This document shows positions 1 to 4,982 of a stretch of 5,915 nucleotides of DNA, piece by piece. The position numbers and the translations under genes were made by a program. The first letter of the stretch is position 1; each line of letters opens with the position of its first letter. The stretch lies in contig NW_021829806.1 in NCBI RefSeq assembly GCF_006345805.1, positions 1 to 5,915 on the forward strand, in the 5' to 3' direction. The notes under the pieces are model-generated. The model worked only from the letters and a program-made list of their open reading frames with translations, made no database searches and was not told the origin of the DNA. The DNA is from Octopus sinensis (taxonomy: Eukaryota).

Positions 1-120
1 TACAGCCGTTCTTTGCGATCGGTTATTCTAATCTGGTGATATGTGAAGTTGTTGATAATTTGCATAGCGAAAAAGCGAATGTATTTGGAGCTTTCAGCTC
101 TGTTCCTATATTTATTGCAG

Positions 121-153
121 AACACTGATGAGACAGCGTGCAAGATTGCGTAA
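121..153 (+). CDS. Weak candidate coding part of a 3'-terminal exon (NTDETACKIA*)
   Basis: Pyrimidine-rich acceptor TCTGTTCCTATATTTATTGCAG ends at 120. Phase-0 reading gives AAC ACT GAT GAG ACA GCG TGC AAG ATT GCG TAA (stop 151-153), followed by a poly(A) signal. No homology recognised. Confidence 0.2.
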   Translation, partial: NTDETACKIA

Positions 154-170
154 TGTTTCTACAAATGTTA

Positions 171-260
171 TGTACTTATTACGTATGTTGCTGAAACTAG
201 TATGTATTCAATAAAGCATCAAACACCATACCTGTTTTCTGTAACTTATTGTTTTTTGTG
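171..260 (+). promoter_or_regulatory. Candidate cleavage/polyadenylation site
   Basis: TGTA at 171-174 and 203-206, AATAAA at 210-215, U/GU-rich downstream element TTATTGTTTTTTGTG at 246-260. The order and spacing match canonical metazoan poly(A) sites. Confidence 0.35.
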
Positions 261-271
261 GGGGGAGCTGT

Positions 272-378
272 TTGTGTGTGCGTGTGTGTGTATGTCTGAG
301 TGAGTGTGTGTGCGTGTATATGAATGAATGAATAAATGTATTATCAACACACACACACAAACAAACAAACAAACACTC
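272..378. repeat. Compound microsatellite (TG)n, (ATGA)n, (CA)n/(CAAA)n
   Basis: Directly visible simple repeats. The CA/CAAA block (347-376) reads as the tail of the adjacent minus-strand SINE. Confidence 0.9.
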
Positions 379-537
379 ATATGGCAGGCTTTCGTACAGT
401 TATTCGCTTCCGTAGTTTCACCTACAAGGCATTGTTAAGTACAAAATAAGGTAGAAAAGACACTTGCCCAAGGTGCTGAGCAACGGAATCGAATCTGTAA
501 ACCCCTGATTCCGAGGTAACTTAGATACTCGTGCACC
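379..537 (-). mobile_element. Diverged tRNA-derived SINE, family B (CORE-like centre)
   Basis: The reverse complement reads GGTGCACGAGT ... GATTCGATTCC (B-box-like, 485-495) ... GCACCTTGGGCAAGTGTC (459-476) ... AAAGCCTGCCATAT. This is collinear with the plus-strand copies at 4678 and about 5301. Confidence 0.7.
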
Positions 538-760
538 TATATACGTATATACTTCCAACTCTAGACACACATGTGTATATATACATACATGTACATGTGT
601 ATACGTATAAACACGAAACTCAGTCATACCTCTTCAATATCTTGTGTGTGTTTGTGTGTGTTTGTGTGTGTTTGTGTGTGTGTGTGTATGAATGGTTGTG
701 AGTGTTTGGGAAGATGTGAATGTGTTGCGTGTACATACGTTGTGTGTGTTTGTGTGTTCT
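538..760. repeat. Degenerate (TA)/(CA) and (TG)n microsatellite tracts
   Basis: Alternating purine-pyrimidine simple repeats at 538-612 and 643-760. Confidence 0.85.
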
Positions 761-850
761 GTATATCAATTCTTAATCAACATATCTTTAAATGGTTATT
801 TTAACTGTTTGTTCATCATTTGTTTCACCGACACATTAAAATTCGCTCCT

Positions 851-1012
851 TTCCGCCTCTTACCGCCCCTGTCTGCCCATTCCCTCCCATCGTTCATTGA
901 TATTTATCATAATTCCGTTAAATGATTGATGCAGACGATAATAACCACTTGTCGTCAGCCATTGCTGTTATCAGCCACGCTCTGTTCTCGCCACACGCCA
1001 ATGCCGCCATTT
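851..1012. promoter_or_regulatory. Possible cis-regulatory island (GC boxes, CCAAT, YY1-like motif)
   Basis: Non-repetitive sequence with CCGCCCC at 863-869 and similar boxes at 10-nt spacing, CCAAT at 998-1002 and GCCGCCATTT at 1003-1012. Motif matches only. Confidence 0.2.
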
Positions 1013-1159
1013 CGTTATTAATACCCGCTTTGTTATTTTGCAAACACTCGCTTCTCTTTCGCAATAAATTCCATCTCTGTCGGAATTCAAATGGAATTCA
1101 CCAGAACAATATTTGTTATTCTATTCTTTATTGATATTGTTATTCTATTTAGTGGTAGC

Positions 1160-1348
1160 TCTTCCTTTATTGGTTTCAGTCATTGGTCTGTGAACCTGCT
1201 GGGTGGAGTCGGTGTTCAGAGGAGGTAGGTTGAACACAGAGACACCCGCACCTACCTCCGCTCCCAGCAGTACCTGGGGACAGTACATACAAATAGTTCG
1301 CTGGTTAATTAATTTTATCGATCTCGGAATGATGAAAGGCGACGTCGG
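1160..1348 (-). mobile_element. 5'-truncated SINE, family C: family-A central domain plus family-B 3' tail
   Basis: The reverse complement reads GACGTCGCCTTTCATCATTCCGAGATCGATAAAATT, matching GACTTTGCCTTTCATCCTTTCGGGGTCGATTAAAT of family A. It ends ...CCAGCAGGTTCACAGACCAATGACTGAAACCAATAAAGGA, sharing an exact AATGACTGAAAC (1173-1184) with 5759-5770. Confidence 0.65.
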
Positions 1349-1362
1349 TTTTCAGAAAAGGT

Positions 1363-1417
1363 AAACACGCGCAAAATCACACATGTACAAGCACACACGC
1401 ATACACACATACATAAG

Positions 1418-1464
<47 letters not shown>

Positions 1465-1720
1465 AATATACACTCATGCGCAAATGCACACATTCTCACA
1501 TACACTCTTATACACTCTTATACACACACACACATACACAAACGCGTGCGTGCATATGTATGTATGTGTGTGTGTATATCTGTGTAAACCTCACCCTTTG
1601 ATGTATATCTGAATAAACAAAAAAATGTTTTCATGCCTGTGTGTGTGTATGTGAGAACTATGTTTGTACGCATGGGTATACGTTTGTGTACATGAGTGTA
1701 TGTGTGTGTATGTGTGTTTT
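1363..1720. repeat. Compound CA/TG microsatellite including perfect (TG)21 at 1422-1463
   Basis: Directly visible alternating CA-rich and TG-rich blocks. Confidence 0.9.
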
Positions 1721-1869
1721 CTGTAGCTCCCCCACCTCATCCGATCCCACCCCCATTTCAATAACATGCAGTGATTTCAGAACTCTCAGCGATAATAATT
1801 CATCAAACTTTTAAGAATGTTGTTCAATCGTTACAAACCAAAGTTAAGCATTGATATATGCGTCATAAT

Positions 1870-1955
1870 TACGTTCCTGCTATGTTCGGAGTTCAAATGC
1901 CGCTCATGTCATCTTTGCCTTTCATCCTTTCGGGGTCAGTAAAATAAGTATCAGC
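1870..1955 (+). mobile_element. Older host SINE (family A-related), 5' part, interrupted by an insertion
   Basis: GGAGTTCAAATGCCG (B-box region) ... CTTTGCCTTTCATCCTTTCGGGGTC-AGTAAAATAAGTATCAGC aligns to 2058-2124. The element resumes at 2401. Confidence 0.8.
1938..1955 (+). repeat. 18-bp target-site duplication, left copy (AGTAAAATAAGTATCAGC)
   Basis: Exact match to 2401-2418. The two copies flank the inserted SINE. Confidence 0.9.
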
Positions 1956-1985
1956 GGCGATAAAGGTCAGTAAAATACGTAACAA

Positions 1986-2400
1986 AGCGGCGAGCTGGCA
2001 GAAACGTTAGCATGCCGGGCGAAATGCCTAGCAGTATTTCGTCTGCCGTTACGTTCTGGGTTCAAATTCCGCCGAGGTCGACTTTGCTTTTCATCCTTTC
2101 GGGGTCGATTAAATAAGTACCAGTTACGCACTGGGGTCGATGTAATCGACTTAATCCGTTTGTCTGTCCTTGTTTTTCCTCCCTGTTTGTAGCCCCTTGT
2201 GGGTAGTAAAGAAATGGGTATTTCGTCTGCCGCTACGTTCTGAGTTCAAATTCTGCCGAGGTTGACTTTGCCTTTCATCCTTTCGGGGTCGGTTAAATAA
2301 GTACCAGTTACGCACTGAGGTCGATGTAATCGACTTAATCCGTTTGTCTGTCCTTGTTTGTCCTCTCTGTTTGTAGCCCCTTGTGGGTAGTAAAGAAATA
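1986..2400 (+). mobile_element. Young tRNA-derived SINE, family A, with a tandemly duplicated 184-nt 3' unit
   Basis: Head AGCGGCGAGCTGGCAGAAACG with A-box-like TGGCAGAAACG (1996-2006) and B-box-like GGTTCAAATTCC (2059-2070). The central domain CCTTTCATCCTTTCGGGGTCGAT..AAATAAGTACC resembles, from memory, the widely shared Meta/MESC-type SINE domain. 2034-2215 is repeated at 2218-2399 with 9 substitutions in 182 nt and no indels. tRNA-derived SINEs (OK/OR families) are described in octopus; I cannot assign an exact family name. Confidence 0.9.
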
Positions 2401-2497
2401 AGTAAAATAAGTATCAGCTGACCCCAGTGCTAGACGTAATCGACTGCTCCCTCACTCCATATTTCAGGCCTTGTGCCTAGAGTAGAAATAATTATTG
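2401..2497 (+). mobile_element. Host SINE 3' part (right TSD copy 2401-2418 plus tail)
   Basis: Continues the host after the TSD: ...CGTAATCGACT matches TGTAATCGACT of family A. A different tail follows (TTTCAGGCCTTGTGCCTAGAGTAGAAAATAATTATT) that shares CCTTGTG..GTAG.AA with the family A tail. Confidence 0.8.
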
Positions 2498-2689
2498 CCT
2501 TCCTATGTGGTGTGCATATTTGGATTGGACTGCCTGTGTTCGGTCCAGTGCAGAACGAGGGACTCAGCATGTTCTCTCCACTAGAGAATGGCTTCAGATC
2601 ATACTGGTCTGATGAGCCTACTCTGCCTCTCTGGCTCAACATAAATTGACAGAGGATGCATGTCTATTAGATGATATGTATTGCTATCA

Positions 2690-2762
2690 GATTGCGTCTG
2701 GACTTTCGAACATAAGATCGTGGGTTCAATTCCTTGTTCGGGAAGAATATTGTATTCTTGAT
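2690..2762 (+). mobile_element. Decayed tRNA-derived SINE head fragment (family D-like)
   Basis: AAGATCGTGGGTTCAATTCC (B box at 2722-2733) ... TTGTATTCTTGA aligns loosely to AAGACCATGGTTTCGATTCC ... TTGTGTTCCTGA at 3801-3848. Confidence 0.5.
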
Positions 2763-3244
2763 ACGAGTGGCCAGAATCGTTCGGAAGAGAGTTTTCGTAT
2801 TATTTGTTAGGCGCTTTCGCTGTTTACAGCTTTTCAAACACACATGTTATTGGTAATCCCTATAGGGGGAAATTGTTTCAAGTAACGATGTTGACTATTT
2901 CCGATTTCGTTTCGGATTTACAATTTTTATAAATTCTTCTTTTCCTTTTCGCAGATAATCCTTTTCTTCTTCCAACTGTGTTGCAAGCAATCTTCAGTCG
3001 AGCGTGCATTAAATGTTGGCTGACTGAAAGATAGAAGGAATCTCAATAGCGCATGGCCTTTGCATGCATATATAAAATTATAAGGTGCAGTAGAGAAACC
3101 TCCCATAGGCTCTTCAGACCCACCGTGCCAGTGGTGAAGCTAGGCAGGCGGCGGTAGTAGCGCATTCATTCTTTACAATTCCCATCTTGGTTTGGACCAA
3201 TGCATTTCACGCGTCTGCTGCGAAGATAGTTATCAAGGATGGTG

Positions 3245-3276
3245 AATCTGATATTCTTATTTTGCCACACCCTGTA
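3245..3276 (-). mobile_element. Probable Tc1/mariner-superfamily terminal inverted repeat (single end) with TA target
   Basis: The reverse complement reads TA|CAGGGTGTGGCAAAATAAGAAT. TA followed by CAGGGTG is a typical IS630-Tc1-mariner (maT-like) terminus. No partner TIR is found in the window. Confidence 0.45.
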
Positions 3277-3759
3277 CATATATGCGTGTCTGTGCGTGCG
3301 CGCATATTTGTGTGTGTGCTTTTGTGAGCGTGTATTTGTGTGTGTGGTGTGTGTGAGTACGTGTGTGTGTGTGTGCATGTTTGTGTGTGTGCATGTGTGT
3401 GTGTATGTGTGTGTGTGTGCATGTGTTTGTATGTGTGTGTGTGCGTTTATTTGTGTGCGCGTATGTGCGTGTGTGTGTATATGTGTGTGCGCGAGCGTAT
3501 GCGCGTGCTTGTGCGCATGTGCGCATCTGTGTATGTCTGCGTGCGTGTGCATGTGCGTGCTTGTGTGTATACGTGTGCGCGCGCGTATGTGCGTGCTTGT
3601 GTGTATGTGTGGGCATGTATTTGTACGTGTGTGTATATGTGTGTGCGCGAGCATAAGTGCGTGCTTGTGTGTGTATGTATGTGTACGTGCGTGTGTATGT
3701 GCATACCTGTGTGTATATATGTGTGCATGTGTGTATGCGTGTGTGAATGTCTGTGTGTA
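3277..3759. repeat. About 480-bp degenerate (TG/CG/TA)n purine-pyrimidine tract
   Basis: Directly visible. It accounts for all the His/Thr-rich and Cys/Val-rich ORFs between 3166 and 3852. Confidence 0.95.
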
Positions 3760-3965
3760 GGCGCGTAAGCTAATAGTTAGCGTGTTGCACTCATGATAGC
3801 AAGACCATGGTTTCGATTCCCAGACTAGGCAGTGCGTTGTGTTCCTGAGCAAAACACTTCATTTCACACTACCCCCAACCCGCTCAGCTGTGAATGAGTA
3901 ACCCTGCACCAGAGAGGAATGCTGATCTGACCGCCAAACCGCGGGGTGGCATCATTCGAAAGCTA
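3760..3965 (+). mobile_element. tRNA-derived SINE, family D
   Basis: Head GGCGCGTAAGCTAATAGTTAGCG (A-box-like), B-box-like GTTTCGATTCC at 3810-3820, then GTTGTGTTCCTGAGCAAAACACTT (V-domain-like, from memory) and CTCAGCTGTGAATGAGTA. It ends in a (TA)n tail. Confidence 0.7.
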
Positions 3966-4020
3966 TATTATATATATATATATAATATATATATATTAAT
4001 ATATATATATACATATACAT
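3966..4020. repeat. (TA)n microsatellite
   Basis: Directly visible. Confidence 0.9.
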
Positions 4021-4189
4021 AATATGATAAGTAAGAAAATGGAGATATTTAATTTAATTTATTAACATTTCTTAAAATGTAAATTAATTTGTATCCATTA
4101 AATATCTCCGTATTCTTATTTAACAATATTTGACATTTATAATATACCTATGTTTATACTGAAGAGATATTTCTCAACAACAATAAATT

Positions 4190-4405
4190 AAACCAGTTAC
4201 AATTCCCTCCCGACCCTCGCCGAAATAGTGGGCGGAGAAGAGGGATCGATGGGTAATGAAACAGGATAGAGATCCTTACTTTACTAACTGGTCCCAGGGA
4301 AATGGATGACGAAAACAACTGTGAACAACTCGGCGCCAGGATTCGAACTCCTGTTAGCTGGACTTCCAACTCATCGAAGGATATATAACAGGTTTATATA
4401 TCCTT
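4190..4405 (-). other. GC-rich structured element, possibly a tRNA-related SINE remnant
   Basis: The minus strand carries AGTTCGAATCC (B box with 1 mismatch; plus-strand 4339-4349) inside a 5-bp hairpin, plus further hairpins. It is a GC-rich island between AT-rich flanks. Family not recognised. Confidence 0.35.
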
Positions 4406-4437
4406 GTAGTGACTATATATATATGTAACGCTGGTCG

Positions 4438-4440
<3 letters not shown>

Positions 4441-4476
<36 letters not shown>
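4441..4476. repeat. Perfect (AC)18 microsatellite
   Basis: Directly visible. Confidence 0.95.
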
Positions 4477-4477
<1 letters not shown>

Positions 4478-4677
4478 ACATACACGACCGCAAGCACGCG
4501 TATGTACATTCAAAGGTTATCTCTAAAATTAGGAATGGTTATTTTTCTATTCGTCTCTATTTTATTTCTAATTTTCGAAAAACGAATTTTATGTGGTTCC
4601 TTTCGTCATCTCCCCCCCCACTCTCTGTATCTATGTCTCTTTCTCTCCGGATATTATTGAATTTTACAATTTCCATA

Positions 4678-4820
4678 GGTGCAGGTGTATTAGGTGGCAA
4701 GAAGTCTCCTTCCCAACCACATGGTTCTGGGTTCAGTCCCACCACATGGTATCTGGCCATATCTTCTACGATAGCTTTGTGTGTGGATTTGGTAGACGGA
4801 AACTGAAAGAAACCCGCCGT
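4678..4820 (+). mobile_element. tRNA-derived SINE, family B, head module with a 17-nt internal deletion
   Basis: GGTGCAGGTGT..GGTGGCAAGAAG..CCCAACCACATGGTTCTGGGTTCAGTCCC ... GGATTTGGTAGACGGAAACTGAAAGAAACCCGCCGTATA. The 3' half is nearly identical to 5422-5460. Confidence 0.85.
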
Positions 4821-4839
4821 ATATATGTAATGTATATAT

Positions 4840-4877
<38 letters not shown>
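4821..4877. repeat. (TA)n tail microsatellite
   Basis: Perfect (TA)14 at 4843-4870. Confidence 0.9.
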
Positions 4878-4976
4878 GTTAATCCAAACAAGAAAACACA
4901 GAAAAAAACACAGCAACGCGAGACGTGGAACATTAAAGTATTATTTGATGCTCAGGAAAGAAGGGAAGGAGGGTTT
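4878..4976. mobile_element. Fragment of an abundant octopus interspersed repeat, possibly Penelope-like-element associated
   Basis: GTTAATCCAAACAAGAAAACAC..CAACGCGAGACGTGGAAC..GCTCAGGAAAGAAGG..GGAGGGTTT matches my recollection of an octopus repeat that normally continues into a hammerhead-like motif. This is recollection only and is not verifiable from the window. Confidence 0.3.
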
Positions 4977-4982
4977 ATATAA

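Noticed and set aside
125-160. CTGATGAG hammerhead-core match
   Set aside because: There is no stem II followed by GAAA.
538-612. Several perfect palindromes (TATATACGTATATA, ACATGTACATGT)
   Set aside because: Expected by-products of mixed TA/CA/TG microsatellite decay.
1113-1149. 13-bp direct repeat TTGTTATTCTATT
   Set aside because: Best explained as the simple-repeat tail of the minus-strand SINE ending near 1160, not a TSD or regulatory repeat.
1219-1240. let-7-like string GAGGAGGTAGGTTG
   Set aside because: The seed region is mismatched (about 13 of 22 identity), there is no pre-miRNA hairpin with a star arm, and it lies within a SINE.
418-1612. ORFs at 418-627, 571-804, 692-925, 922-1134, 1383-1601 and 1421-1612
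   Set aside because: Short. They run through a SINE, through microsatellites, or (922-1134) through unique sequence with no recognisable homology or splice support.
1729-1755. Minus-strand G-rich patch as a G-quadruplex
   Set aside because: Only three runs of three or more G are present, so a canonical three-tier quadruplex is not supported.
1938-2418. Direct repeats superficially resembling a CRISPR array or LTR pair
   Set aside because: The context is eukaryotic, there are only two units and no spacers, and the structure is fully explained as a TSD plus SINE duplication.
3760-3830. Functional tRNA gene
   Set aside because: A/B boxes are present, but there is no acceptor stem or canonical anticodon loop, and it continues into a SINE body. 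The same applies to the other tRNA-like heads.
3166-3852. 228-aa minus-strand ORF and overlapping His/Thr-rich or Cys/Val-rich ORFs
   Set aside because: These are translations of the (TG)n tract, which lacks stop codons in most frames. There is no domain content.
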